A DNA stretch of 62,950 nucleotides, filler included, from Sphacelaria rigidula (taxonomy: Eukaryota): the NCBI GenBank assembly GCA_964200075.2. It is 9 parts of 9 records of this genome, joined end to end, with 100 filler letters (N's around TTAATTAATTAA, not from the genome) between each part and the next. Parts side by side here need not be neighbours in the genome. Positions count along the whole stretch, not along the records: positions 21,019 to 27,924 come from CAXNAA020017484.1; positions 28,025 to 34,930 come from CAXNAA020017485.1; positions 35,031 to 41,936 come from CAXNAA020017486.1; 6 more parts are not named here. The stretch is one strand, 5' to 3'. Made by a program: the position numbers and the translations under genes. Shown one piece after another: positions 25,170 to 37,943 of this stretch (positions are counted from its first letter, which is position 1; every line of letters starts with the position of its first letter). Under the pieces are notes generated by a model that saw only the letters and a list, made by a program, of their open reading frames with translations, made no database searches and had not been told where the DNA came from.

Positions 25170-25949
25170 CTCCCCCGTGATTGACATGCCCCCATCAACG
25201 AAACATAGTGTACCTTACATGCTATGTGTAGCAAGCGAATACAATCAGTCGAACTTTGTAGTACTGACAGTACATAAAGTCAATCGTCGAGATACGCACT
25301 CGTACTGTTGTACAACTCATTTGTCTATACTGTATCAAAAACGACTTAACCAACACCAATTGAGAAAAGAAGCTAGTCACTGTTACAAACCTCCGCTCAC
25401 ATGCGCATGCATTTGCATGTGCATCAGATTTCCGTCAGCTACAAAAGAATTGAGCAAACAAACACGATTGTGCGGTAACATCGAACCGCGAAATGTTTCA
25501 TCATGTGACGATGTAGAAATCAACGATAACTTACAGATGCCAAATGTGTTTCCCGACTCTCTCTTCCTCCCCCACGAAAAAACATCCTCCCTCAAACAAA
25601 AGAGAAACAAAGGGGCAAGGTAGGCAAGGACGGAAAGAACATCGCAAACCTAGAGGTCGTTGCACGCATTGTTCCTACAGCGCGTTTTCTGGACCTTGTA
25701 TCATGAAGGCAGGAGTCTGCACACTGTGGTTTTAGCATGCTCCTCTGGACCTTGAGACTGCACTCGAATAAGAATAAAAGCAATCAAAACAAATTCACCC
25801 AACGCAGGTAATTTTGCCGCGCGTTCTATATAATGTACGAGTATTACAGGCATCTTACACCTACTTGGGTTCTTTCACTCAATCATATTTCTTAACAGAA
25901 AAAATCAAATCAAATCAAGTTCCTCAAACTCCTGAACGATGGTGATCGA

Positions 25950-26707
25950 CGTTTAGCGTTGACGATGATGATCGTGGTTGAGCGTTGACGATGATGATCG
26001 AAGTTGAGCTTTGACGATGATGATCGAAGTTGAGCGTTGACGATGAACATTATATTCGTGAGATTCAGAGGGTAGTTTCAGATTCAGAGTGAGACCCGAA
26101 ACAATCGACTTTCCCGTCGATTTTGACGTCGCCACAGTTCGAGNNNNNNNNNNGAGTAATGCGCCCAGCTGGTGAAGCGGTGGCTTCAATGAAAGCTGTC
26201 ACCTACACGATCAATCTGACTCATCACTTGATCGCAACGACGTAGTCAGTCTATTGCAACAAAAGATATCCTCTTTCAGGAAAACCGATTGGTGCCTGGA
26301 ACAGTTTCAGTTCCGAAATTCCCTTCCAGGCGTGAAAATGCTTTGTGCGGTATCTCACCAACCAGACCGCCGAATTCCTCGAATGGGGTACTGTACGGTA
26401 GCTGCATGCACAGCACGTGTGCTCAAGCAAAAATAAAGAAAAATAAAGGTCCGTTAGGAATGCTAGAGCATCCACTCTGAATCTGAAACTACCCTCTGAA
26501 TCTCACGAATACAGTGTTGATGATGATCGAAGTTGAACGTTGACGATGATGATCGAGGTTGAACGTTGACGATGATGATCGTAGTTGAGCGTTGACGATG
26601 ATGATCGTGGTTGAGCGTTGACGATGATGATCGTGGTTGAGCGTTGACGATGATGATCGTAGTTGAGCGTTGACGATGATGATCGTCGTTGAGCGTTGAC
26701 GATGATG
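25950..26707. repeat. 26-bp minisatellite (GTTGAGCGTTGACGATGATGATCGTG)n, ~11 units, split by a MITE
   Basis: Period 26 measured at 26584/26610/26636. About four units lie left of the insertion and seven right. Confidence 0.92.
26046..26518. mobile_element. MITE with AAC...GTT ends, perfect 39-bp inverted repeat, TSD GATG
   Basis: 26053-26091 is the exact reverse complement of 26473-26511. GATG is duplicated (26042-26045, 26519-26522) relative to the minisatellite unit. Contains a 10-N gap. Confidence 0.9.
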
Positions 26708-26741
26708 CTGAAGAAAACTATCCTGCCAGGTTAGTATCCGT

Positions 26742-27924
26742 TATCTCCCAAATTCGGTTATAGCCTCCAGCAGTCTCTGATGTACGATTCTATCACAGCT
26801 TTTGGTGAGAAGATCCGCTAATTGTTCCGAAGATCGTACATAGTTTATCCTTAGTTGTCCGACTCGAATCAAATATTTTTAATGAAAGAATCGTATCGCC
26901 AGGTGTTTCGAGCTGGTGCTGAAGTTGGCGTTTGAAGACAGATGAAGTGCGCCTTGTGAGTCCGAGTAGATAGTCGCGGGCTCAATAGATGATCATCCAA
27001 GCTCTCGTATCAGATTGAAGAGATACGTTCCGAATTCACCGCATTTCGAAAGAGCAACTAACTCGGCTTCTGTCGTTGGAGTAGCCGTCATACGTTTTAA
27101 GCTCGAAGTGAAATGAACTAGCCCGTTAGACAAAAAAAATAACGTCCCCGTTGTTGGTCGTATTTTTCTCTGAAGTCCGGCATTACCATAGTTTGTGGTT
27201 CTCCTGTCGTTGAGTCGAACGTCTCGAAGCCAGGCGGTTGTCTCCGGAATACTGTTACCTGTAGCTTGCCGTTCAAGAAAGCAGTGTGTACGTCGGGGGC
27301 TAAAACAGGCCAATTTTTTCGCAGTAGCAATTGCCAGTAACAATCGCTGACTTTCTAACCTACAAAATGGAGCGACCTTTTCAACCCCGACAGTGCCAAT
27401 GTACTGACATACCATTTCCAGTGTTGCGGCAACATGTCGACCCCCAGAAGGCATGAAAGCTAGTCGCTTTAGCTCGTTGGCTTGCCGTTTGTTAACGAGT
27501 CCACGAGGATGATGATTGGGACCACCGGCTGAACGCAACCTCCTTTGGGCGATAGGTGGCCCTGTAGTCGGTGAATTGTCCGCCGTGGTGCTATCCTCTA
27601 GCTGAGCTATACCATCGTAAATATTTATGTTGAAGTTGTTGTTGTCGCCGTGTTATTCCTAATCAACTGCAGATACGTCGGGTTCCTGGATATCCAAAGT
27701 CGAAAAATCATCATCACTGCAAGAAGTTCCTGTTAATTGTTCGATGCCAGTGACGTTTCTGTAGCTGGATATTTTCCCCGAGAAGCGGTTGTAAATGCGG
27801 TACGATGGACTATCGGAATCATACCCCACTAGCACTCCTTCCCAAGCTTTTTCTTCTAACCGCCTGTGGCGCCGATTCCAACGAAAACACGTCCTGCTCA
27901 TACGAGGAGAGCCCACGGGACTGT
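26742..27924 (-). pseudogene. pol: Ty1/Copia pol remnant: post-integrase SH3-like region, partial RT, RNase H
   Basis: KAWEGVLVGYDSDSPSYRIYN; DVHTAFLNGKL...QPPGF; TTEAELVAL; terminal EQLADLLTK. Frameshifted, and most of RT including YVDD is missing. Confidence 0.9.
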
Positions 27925-28804
27925 NNNNNNNNNNNNNNNNNNNNNNNNNNNNNNNNNNNNNNNNNNNNTTAATTAATTAANNNNNNNNNNNNNNNNNNNN
28001 NNNNNNNNNNNNNNNNNNNNNNNNCCCCTGCATGTCATGATCCAATCTCCATATCTATTTCCCTCGTATCCAGGCAGATCCTGGAGCGTAAGTATTATCG
28101 ATTACCCCCCCCCTCCCCTCCTACGGCCCCAGAATGAGGTTTCGTCACCTCCGATATGGGTCCACTCGGCGCAGCGTGCAGCTACTTGAAGCTTGACGCT
28201 GTCTCCAGTCTGCCCGAGAAACACCAATTTGCAACTCACGGTCTATGGCATACCGGGAAGCAAGTCCTGTATGTGTACCTGAAAACAGGCATGGTAGTGG
28301 CTGGGACTGGTGCGGGACGACCTAGCGGGAATTCGCCGGGAAACAGCGCGCGTCTCAGCACCGGCTTGCTGAGGGCCCTTGCGAATGTAGGGCGACGGCG
28401 ATAAGACGAGCACGAGGTATGCTTCGATACAACTTTACGGTTCCGTGCAGCGACACATCACCCTACCCTGGGTGCGTGTGGCAGACCTTCATTTTAGAGC
28501 CAGTTACAACAAGGGCCCAGCCGAGATCACTCCGGTTCCACCGCCGCAATCCAGGACCTAAATTAATTGAAATTGGAAGCGCCCTGGGCTTGGGGCAATC
28601 TATTTTGAGATAATTTCTTACGTTTTTAGTTCTTCCTGGGGAGGTGGAGCAAATTTTGGGACATTTGACGCGGTTCCTGCCCCCTTACCAGCAAATATTG
28701 CCATCGCATGTCTTGGACAATGCATCACCCAACCGAGGAGTCTAGCGCATTCATCCAATTTGCCCGGATCCGAGGTTTCGAGAGTGACCTCTTCAAACAC
28801 GATC

Positions 28805-29303
28805 ACCCTTGACAGGGTATCGCCCCTCCGACCCTGTACAGGGGACATCCTTGAACATGATTCGTAACATCCGACTCAGGTCTGACCCTGTGCAGGGTCC
28901 CAAATATTGGGATACCTTGGTTGGTGGTAGACCCTGACAAGGTCATCCCAAAAATAACCCTCGACAGGGTATTGACCCTCCGACCCTGTACAGGGGCCAT
29001 CCTTGAACATGGTTCGTAACGTCCGACTCAGGTCTGACCCTGTGCAGGGTCCCAAATATTGGGAAACCTTGGTTGGTGGTAGACCCTAACAAGGTCATCG
29101 CAATAATAACCCTTGACAGGGTATTGACCCTCCGACCCTGTACAGGGGCCATCCTTGCACATGGTTCGTAACATTCGACTCCCTGTAGAAGGGCTGACCC
29201 TGTGCAGGGTCCCAAATATTGGGAAACCTTGGTTGGTGGTAGACCCTGACAAGGTCATCGCAAAAATAACCCTTGACAGGGTATTGACTCTCCGACCCTG
29301 CAG
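28805..29303. repeat. Tandem repeat, ~3.3 units of 152-160 bp built from short palindromes
   Basis: Unit starts at 28805, 28957, 29109 and 29269. Confidence 0.92.
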
Positions 29304-31689
29304 GCGGGGCCGAATGTCTACCTGTGCAGGCTCCACGGTAGAAGCTGCTAAAGTGTTCAATAGATGGGGCCGTGTCTCTCCCGCACACCTTCTACGAAAT
29401 GCTCATCATTACAGCAAGTAAGAGATATAGAACATCTGCATATATATATACATACAAAGGTACGAAAATGACAAGAAGAGGTGACTGTACTACTAGTTCG
29501 TTTGCTACCTGGTTTGCGGGTTGTAAATGAACAAAAAAAAGAGCTCGCAAGCGCACTGCACGATGCTTCGACAGCACACTCCCGAACCAGCTCCCAACAC
29601 TGCCACGAAGGAAGTGGCCATACTTGGCCTGATAGCTGATTCAGACAGAACGAAGCGCCTCTCATGCGCGCTAGTGGCGAAAAAACCCCAGGCGTGGACA
29701 TGTTCTCCGTGTGTGCAGCTCATTTGTTTCGTCCGTTTCATCCAACTGACTGTATTTCTCGCCGTAGGCTGCCGGGGGATCTCAGTATCATCACGTCTGA
29801 CTGTTGACATCATAATAAGTGGAAGTACTGCTCAACAAGTGGCTTCTTCATTCTGTGTATTCCTGGTCAGGAGTGTTTGAGGTTTGGGTTGGGGTTGGGT
29901 CGTTATATTTGGAAAAAACGTAACACAATAATATCGTTCTCGCATCATGCGTACACCACCGCGAACACGTGATGAAAAGGTGATGGCGCCGGGTGATGAA
30001 TGTGCAGGAACACCCGATGTTCATCATCAGCAGTCTTTGCAACAGTGTATATACCCTGCAGTACTTTTGTGATATTTTCGCAGGCGGCGTTTGTCTAAAG
30101 TTTTCACCCATGCCACCGCTCATCCCAAAGAATACTCTATCCTCAAGTTTGGGGATCGGAAGATACTATGCATCCACTCCACAATCTTGAAAAATTGACG
30201 GGCTGAAGTGATATATTCGGGGACACTGCTGCTACGGAGTCGTAGCTTCTAACCCTTCGGTATTTTTGCTCGATGGAAGCAATCCACAGAGGCAACCCCG
30301 ACCGTGCTGTGAACAAGTGAAGCGTAGTTTTGTTCTACATCATTACCTGTTCCTTGCGCTGGAGTCGGAAACCTTTGGGTTTTGGACCAGTGACGGTCGA
30401 CATCACCCGATGGACGTCGTGTTTACTCCGCCCCATCCTGACGACAACAACTTGGGGATTGTCCCATGAGGGTGACCTGCTTCTGTTTCCAAAATGTAGA
30501 TAGACGCTAGAAATTTCCAGAGGTAAATTTATTTACCACAAAATTCAGAAACTTACCCGAGTACGAAAATTGACGGACCGTGCAGAGCATAGCATAATCG
30601 TGACAGCTCTCGTAAACAAACTTGCAGACCTTTTTTTTTCATTTCAACATATCCGTTGCGCTACAGTCGAGAAGGGGTCAGTTTAGGACCCAAAACGGTC
30701 AACAAGACCCCTGCCGAGTCGGCTCGTAGGTTGTTCGATATTGAGTACAGAGATGTTTATTTTCCAAGTGTAGCTTTGACACTTCCATCTCTGCCAGCGC
30801 GAAGGTCAGGAGTGTGACACTCACCTGTCGATGGACAAGAGCACGTTGACAGAACGCAATTTATTCTCAAGACAGATTCACACGTAAAAAAAGAGGAGTA
30901 TTTCCCAATTGACGACTTGAGTCGTTTGGTTCACGTCCGATAGCACAAAACGTGCATCTGTATTGGACCTAAATGTAATAGCCGGCGAGGATTGATCCAG
31001 ATGCCTTGAGTATGAGTTCGTGTCTGCGTGGGGTGCAACAGCGCGTCCGTACGAGAATGCTCGGTAAAGTAGAATACCGCCATTTCTCGTCATGTACTTC
31101 GCATGACATGCAATTCATGTGTGCGATACCCGCGATGAACGCTCGACATACATTAGGCAGATTCTTCGATATTGGGAGTTTGATCCAGCTTTTCGCTCCA
31201 AAACAGGGAACATCGCCATGACATGTCTTGGATATTTGCCTCACTTCATCGAGATGACCCACGTTTACGATCAGCCTGGCTCGAGATTTCGACAGCAGAC
31301 TCTAGGCGAAAACCTAAGTGGACATGAACAAATTCGACGTCTGCAGTTAATGCAGGTATTTTGGGATTTTTTCTCCTGCTCGTGTTTTTTCATGTTAAAT
31401 TGGATTTTCGGAGGCCATTCTGGAAACTACGCTGCGAGGCTGATCGGGAAGGTGGTCTAGGCTCGTCTCGGTGGCATGATGCGGAATGTTCAAGACAAGT
31501 GATGACGATAATCCCTGTTTGGCGGCCGAGAACTAGAACAAGCGTCCTAAAACTGAAACACCAGGCGAAAAAAGAAGGAATTAGGAAACAGCGCCACTCC
31601 TTATTTGCAAACAAAAATTACATCCGGTGTATACTTGTTTTTTTACCCTTTTCCGTCGTTTTACGTCAGAGAGGGCTCCGCGAATGTTG

Positions 31690-32310
31690 ACCCCTTGGAA
31701 TGACTTGCTCTTCTCGTTGAGACCGTTCCAGGGCATCTTTACGTTTTCCGGTGGCATCAGCTTACTTCCAGCCAAACTTGTGTTTACAAAAACAAACGGT
31801 CAAGTTATATAAAATAACACCGCCTACGTCACTTCTCATGTGATGATGAAAATATTTTGTTCAAAAGTGCATTTTGGCCCTTCTTGGTTTGACGCCCGAG
31901 ATAAGAGCTAGGCGTATGTCACTTCTTCCACTTGTTTACCCGTTTCATGGCACCTTTGCGTTTCACGGTGACCGCATTTCTGTTTTTGGCCAAAGTTTTG
32001 TTTTTAGTAACAAACGATCAAGTTATGAAAAAAAAATGGGGAGATATCTGCCAGTTTTTTTTATAACTTGACCGTATTGATTGATTTGATTTTGATTTTG
32101 ACTTAACTCGATTGCCGTACTTGAACTGACCCCCCCAGGCGTCCAGCCGTGGTCGCGTGATAGACGTATCCAAGAAAAGAAAAACTAAAACACTCGCTGA
32201 AGAAAAAACGGAACACAAAAAAAGTAAAAGAGGATGCTAGAGAAAATACAAGTTTAGCCAAAGCTGCAGCCACCGTGGAACGCGAAGGTGCATAGGAACG
32301 GTCTCCGCGA
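31690..32310. repeat. Dispersed repeat fragments (GCGGCCACCGGAAAACGCGAAG family) around an inverted LINE tail at 32077-32200
   Basis: Related motifs at 31720-31790, 31940-31995, 32250-32306 (opposite strand), 34560-34605 and 49800-49862. Confidence 0.55.
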
Positions 32311-33487
32311 GAAAAGCACATCATTCCGAGTGATGACATCCGCCTGCCCCCACTTTTGCACGTGTAAAACGACGGAGAAGGGCCAAAGACGCACCGGTCA
32401 ACAAGATTTTCCTTCACACATGCGAAGTACCTAGTCGCCCTTCTCATGGCAAACGAACCTAAAAATCTGGGAAACGGCCTTTTTGGAACTTCTGCGTTGT
32501 TCATGCCTCAAGAGAGAGACCTATGCAGATCTTGACATATTGGAGTCCTTTGTTGTACTCCTTAAAGCAGTTCCAGCACGCCTGTGCGTTTCTTGTTGAC
32601 CGCAGTTCTTCACGTACTGAAACTTGTATTTTTCTCGGGAGTGCTCATTTTTCTAAAAGACGGGTCACGTCCAGAAAAGAAAGCCCAAATTTGTTTTTGA
32701 GTCGACTCCAGTCTCCGGGAAAATCAGCGGTCGCCGAGGAAAAAAAACGTTTGGCCAAGAAAACAAAATGCGGCCGTTGGAAAAACACAAGGGCTGAAAC
32801 CGTCTAAAAGAGTCCAGCAAGGTAATTCAAAGCGTCAAGATTTGTCTTGCTCTATCTTGGAAGGTGGAACGTAAAGTATCAAAAAGATAATTGTCGAGAT
32901 TTGCTTTTGTACTGCAAAAAAAAGCACGCTAAATCATTCGTTTCTGGTCCGTCGTGGTAGATGTAGGCCTCTCCTCGTGGCAGACGAAAATGAAATGCGG
33001 AAAACTGCGCTCCTTTTACCCCCTCAACGGGAGCTGTTACGGTGGCGTGTAGTTAATAGAAGTCAACGCATGGGAAAAACCCTGCTGACAAGTGCTACTC
33101 CGCCAACAAACACCTGTTTCGTAGCGCTACCAAACACTTCAAGCCAGCTGTAGACTCTATTATATTCATAGCACCTCAAGAAATGAACAACTTGTATATA
33201 TCAAATAAAACCTGAAGAGTGTAGCTTTCGTCAAGTGCCGGTCGCATATGCAGGAAGCAATCACACGTTGGGGTAGCGTACGTCACAAAGGAGCACTACG
33301 TTTCTACGGGGCATACTTTTTCGAGCCCATTTTTGAGCATCAAACCGTAGAGTCAGTTCCAACGGACAGCCCTGAACCAGATGGTTCGAATGATCTATTC
33401 AGATTTTGAACCAGCGCCCGCAAGTTCGAGATATGGACATTTGAAAAGGGGCAGCTCGGGTAAACAAGCACCTGATTCGGCCCACGG

Positions 33488-33965
33488 GTATCATGGATAT
33501 TGAGGCATAACTGATTACGATAATATTATTTTTCATTTTCTTATTCTCCTGTACCATACCCTCATTGATACGGTTCTTCCAAGTCATTGTTTGTTATACT
33601 CCAATCACAATTTACTATTCTACAGTGGAATATTCGTTCAATTTGTCACCCCGAGCCAGCCCAAGGGTAACGTCCAAAATAATGGGTATTGAAGAATAAC
33701 GTATTGCGAACATCTTATTTTCTCTTCTCTTTTTTCTCTTGTGTGACGTCCTCGTTGATGTTGTACTTTCAAGCCATCGTTTGTAATATTCCAATGAAAA
33801 TTGACAATTCAACAATGGAACATCCCTTCAGACTTTTACTACGAGCCAGCCCGAGGGTACGTCCACAATCATGGATAGTAAGGCATAACTCACTACGAAA
33901 ATATACATTTTCGTTTTTTCTTCTCCTGCGTAATACCCTTATTGATGTGGTTCCTTTAAGCTATA
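33488..33965. repeat. Diverged ~190-bp tandem repeat, ~2.5 units
   Basis: CGAGCCAGCCC(A/G)AGGGTA at 33652 and 33842. ATCATGGATA...AGGCATAACT-like blocks at 33490, 33680 and 33868. Confidence 0.7.
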
Positions 33966-34210
33966 CTCGTAGAACGTTCACGTCGCCCGGAAAAAAGAGA
34001 TTTGGCGTCGAGCCTCCATCCCCTATACGCCACCGTAAAAGGTGGACTTTGACACCTAGGAATATCTTTCTGTATACGTTGGTACGGTTCCAACACACCT
34101 GTGCGCTTTCCTGCTAGCCGCGGGCCTTTTCTAGCCCAAACTTGCATTATTCACAAAGACCTCTCCAGTCCAGAAAAATTGCCGAGATTAGCGTCGACTC
34201 AACCGGTCTT

Positions 34211-34509
34211 AACAAGGTTTTCGTGAGATTGAGAGTTGGGTGCGGATTGAGAGTGGCTTTGATCATTCGCTTTAACGCGGACATGTTTTCATTCCGTGTG
34301 TGCTTTTCGTCGTCTCATCATTGCCATGTGCTTACAGCTACACGTTGATATCCTTCTCAGGGGTTTCGAGGGCCTCAGTGGCAATCTACTACGCAGAGAA
34401 TATTGGGCCTGGTGGAGATACATCTTGGAACTGACACGTGGCATTCACTAATGGGTCGCTTTTCACTGTCAATCGTACCTTCAACTCTCAATTCCACGAA
34501 AACGTTGTT
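34211..34509 (-). mobile_element. 299-bp MITE, AAC...GTT family, TSD TCTT
   Basis: TCTT at 34207-34210 and 34510-34513. It is the reverse complement of the 21157 copy. Confidence 0.9.
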
Positions 34510-35249
34510 TCTTCCAAAAAGATGAGCAATCTCAGAGAAATATACAAGGTCGGCGAAACGAGAACTGCGGCCACTGGAAAAACGCACAGGCCTGTTGGAA
34601 CCATCTCCACGGGTACAGCAAGGCATGCCGAGGTGTCAACATCCGCCTATCTCTCGTTTAGAGAATAAAACGACGAAAAAGCTCCACACCCTGGACAATG
34701 GACACAAGAATAGTTCATTGCTTCAGCAATAGACACAGGGAAAAACTTATCGATATACATTATCGAACACGATAGATGGTGAAACATATCTATTGATATG
34801 TATTGCAAGGTACAATAGATGTTGCAATAGTCGATCGATACCTTTTGGCAATCACAACAGAACAGCCGATTTTAAATTTTGGGGTTCATACAAAATATGG
34901 GGTTGAAGTGGCATTTCTCTCTTGCACGGANNNNNNNNNNNNNNNNNNNNNNNNNNNNNNNNNNNNNNNNNNNNTTAATTAATTAANNNNNNNNNNNNNN
35001 NNNNNNNNNNNNNNNNNNNNNNNNNNNNNNTAATCGGCAAATCAGGGCGCGTCTTCGAATCCATGTAGCACTGCGATCCGACAAGGTCTAATCAAACGAA
35101 ATACCACACTGTAGTCAAGTACGAAAGTGTATAGAGTTGAGGGTACTATGTGCGGCGAATTTAGCCACAAGAAAACGGCTGAGATTGGATTTTCGGTTAC
35201 TGTGAGATTTGTGCCGCGTGGTGCCGCACAAGCTGTAGCACAATTCCCG

Positions 35250-35510
35250 TGCTCAATATTTAGCCGTTTTCGATGAAATTTTGACATGATGTACAGGACG
35301 TACTGTATGTGCAAACACCTCTTCGTTTCTCCCGTGTTTTTTTTTCTTTGTGAGTTATTGGCGACGAAACATTTCAGAACAAATTTCCGGAACCAAATTT
35401 CCAATAACTCATCGAGGAAAAAGAAAACACATAGGAGGAAAGGTTCGGTATTTGCACATACGTCCTGTACATCATGTCAAAATTTAATCGAAAACAGCTC
35501 GTAATTGAAC
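35250..35510. repeat. Hairpin/foldback unit, copy 1
   Basis: TTTTCGATGAAATTTTGACATGATGTACAGGACGTA...GAGTTATTG is mirrored on the right. Confidence 0.8.
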
Positions 35511-35585
35511 AGCATAAACGCGTTTGAATTTTTTTTCACTGGTTTACCTCCATATACCATAGTGATCGGTTGTCGACGGAATGAT

Positions 35586-35864
35586 GCATATTTTTCGCTC
35601 AACTTTGGATCATTTTCGATGAAATTTTGACACGATGTACGGGACGTATGTGCGAATACCCAACCTTCCCTCCCGTGTGTTTTTTTTCTTCTTCGTGAGT
35701 TATTGGCGACGGCATTTCAGAACTTTTTTTCGGAACAAAAATGTCAATAACTCACGAAGAAGGAAAAAAAAACAGGGGAGGGAAGGTTGGGTATTCGCAC
35801 ATACGTCCCGTACATCGTGTCAAAATTTCATCGAAAACGATCCAAAATTGAGCGAAGAATATGC
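35586..35864. repeat. Hairpin/foldback unit, copy 2
   Basis: ~120-bp near-perfect inverted arms with a ~40-bp loop, homologous to 35250-35510. Confidence 0.88.
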
Positions 35865-37943
35865 TTTTCAACATCCCTGTTGGCTTCTTGGGCGGCCCAG
35901 CTCGTCCGAAATAAATACATTTTGCCCATCGAGACGAGAGAGCCTTGTAGGTGGTTCTACGCAATTTCGTCGTCATATGGCCAAAGTTAACGCATTCTGG
36001 GTCCGAATCAAACCCTATCCCTACCCTATAACCCCAACAAAAGGCATACCGAGAACCCTTGGGCATGGGATACAACCACGATATCCCCAGTTAAGTTCTC
36101 AGGCGTTGGCAGGGGTTCAACCCTTAGACCGCGAGGGTAGTCTACCTGGACCATGCATACTCTTTTCGAGTTAAATTGGTGCCGATTCCACGCATGACCT
36201 ATTCTCGTTGTCTAGGGGTTGAATCGGGGGCCGATTTGAGCAACAACGTCATCTTCGCACGATTGATTTTTTTACCCCGAAAAACGAAAGAAAAAGTGAA
36301 AAAAAGTGAAAAAAAAAACTTGTCCATCGAAAGTTGCACAATGACCCATGGCACATCTGTGCAGAGTTCCAGGATCGAAACCCTAAAAATGGCGTGAAGT
36401 TTTGCGCGTTTATGCGATGACGTGAGCTTGAAACGTGCAAACTCTCAACTACTTGATTTTAGTATTCAAATATTTTTTTGGGTGTATTTAACGTTACGGC
36501 GAGAAAAACTGTACGAGGTTTTCGAGTTTCTCGACGAAACTTTGTTCATATGTTCCTTGGACTACCCCGTGACGCATCATTTTACTTATTTCCTCTAAAG
36601 AATCATGTACCGCCTTCCAGGGGTCTTCACACTGGGACCCCGAAAGTCGGTAAAGAACAGCGAAACTTGAAAATATTGTCAAGTGTACATTTTTCCATGT
36701 GAAGCATCAGTACCTACGGAACTGCCAAGTTTGAGGGCGATCTGAGCTTTTTTACCACAGATATATGGGAAACCGTCACGAGGCTCCCTGCGTCTTTCGT
36801 GCGTATCATCACCAGAAAATTAGACGACGCCAAAACTCCACATCACCGAAATATCACGGTTTGGGGTATAATTTGACCTCGTAGTGACCGTTTTTGAATA
36901 TGTTTCTTTGTTCGATTCCCGAGCTGATGGCGGTTGCTACGATGTGAAGCATGTGGAGATTGGGTGAAAATTGGGCTTGGGATTCGAGTTTTCGATTTCA
37001 GAAGAATTTGAGGAGCGCTGATCGGTCGAGGTACATTTTCGCCCTTAGCGCAACCACTATGGCCTTCAACACAAATCCGGCTGTCACAATCTTCAGCTGT
37101 CTATGGCGGACAGTATGATATCATCTATGCGACTGTTGGGTAGGTATTGCTAAACTAAGGCATTTTCTGATGACACAATTTTGGGTGATGACCGTGAACC
37201 AGCCTGCAACTTATGGAGAATCTGTGTCATGCCAAATGTAACGTTTTCATTTTGCCCTTACGAAACTCCATACCCCATTTCAGAACATATATCTGAAAAC
37301 TCGAGCGAGAAATCTAGTATAACAGTGTAACACGCAGATCCGTTCTTGGGCTGACCCAGCTCATACGGACCAGAACCTTTGTACGAGCTAGGCCAGCTTA
37401 AAAGCGGCTAAAAGTTGCCCACACCACAGTTTTCCCAGCTTCCCGAATGAACCCTATGTAAGCATATCACTGTGAACTGCAGACCCACCTGATGACAAAG
37501 GATTGCATCGCTCTTCGATTGGTGCTGTATTGCCGACGGCGATCTTGTACTGCATAGAGTACGGGGTGCGTCTTACATCGTTGGGCGATAGCGCGTCGGC
37601 GTGCGTTTTTTTTTCAATGCGGTGGGTTCACGTCAGCAATCATCCCGCACTGGGTATATGTGGGGTGCAGCAGTGTCACGCAAAAGGTTGCGCACACGCC
37701 CCAACTCGATGACTCTTGGGCTGAAATTTCCCCAAGACCTTCTGCACTCAAGGGAATGATACATCTCGGGAGCAGCTGCAGATGCTCATTTTTTCCCGGA
37801 CTTCTGACATCATCTTGTTTTCGCTGAGATTTCAAATCCCCTTACAGTAACCTCCTCTTCTTTTTCCCTTTCCTTCTTTGTTGCTCTCGGGTGTTCTGCA
37901 TGTCGACGATCATAGTAAGCTGCTGTCAATTTTTCAATTTTTC

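Noticed and set aside
25950..26707. CRISPR-like array of 26-bp repeats
   Set aside because: The repeats are head-to-tail with no unique spacers, there are no cas genes, and they sit inside a Copia element.
28805..29303. CRISPR array or repeat-protein gene
   Set aside because: Whole units repeat without unique spacers. The 152-bp period is not a multiple of 3, so the ORFs rotate through frames.
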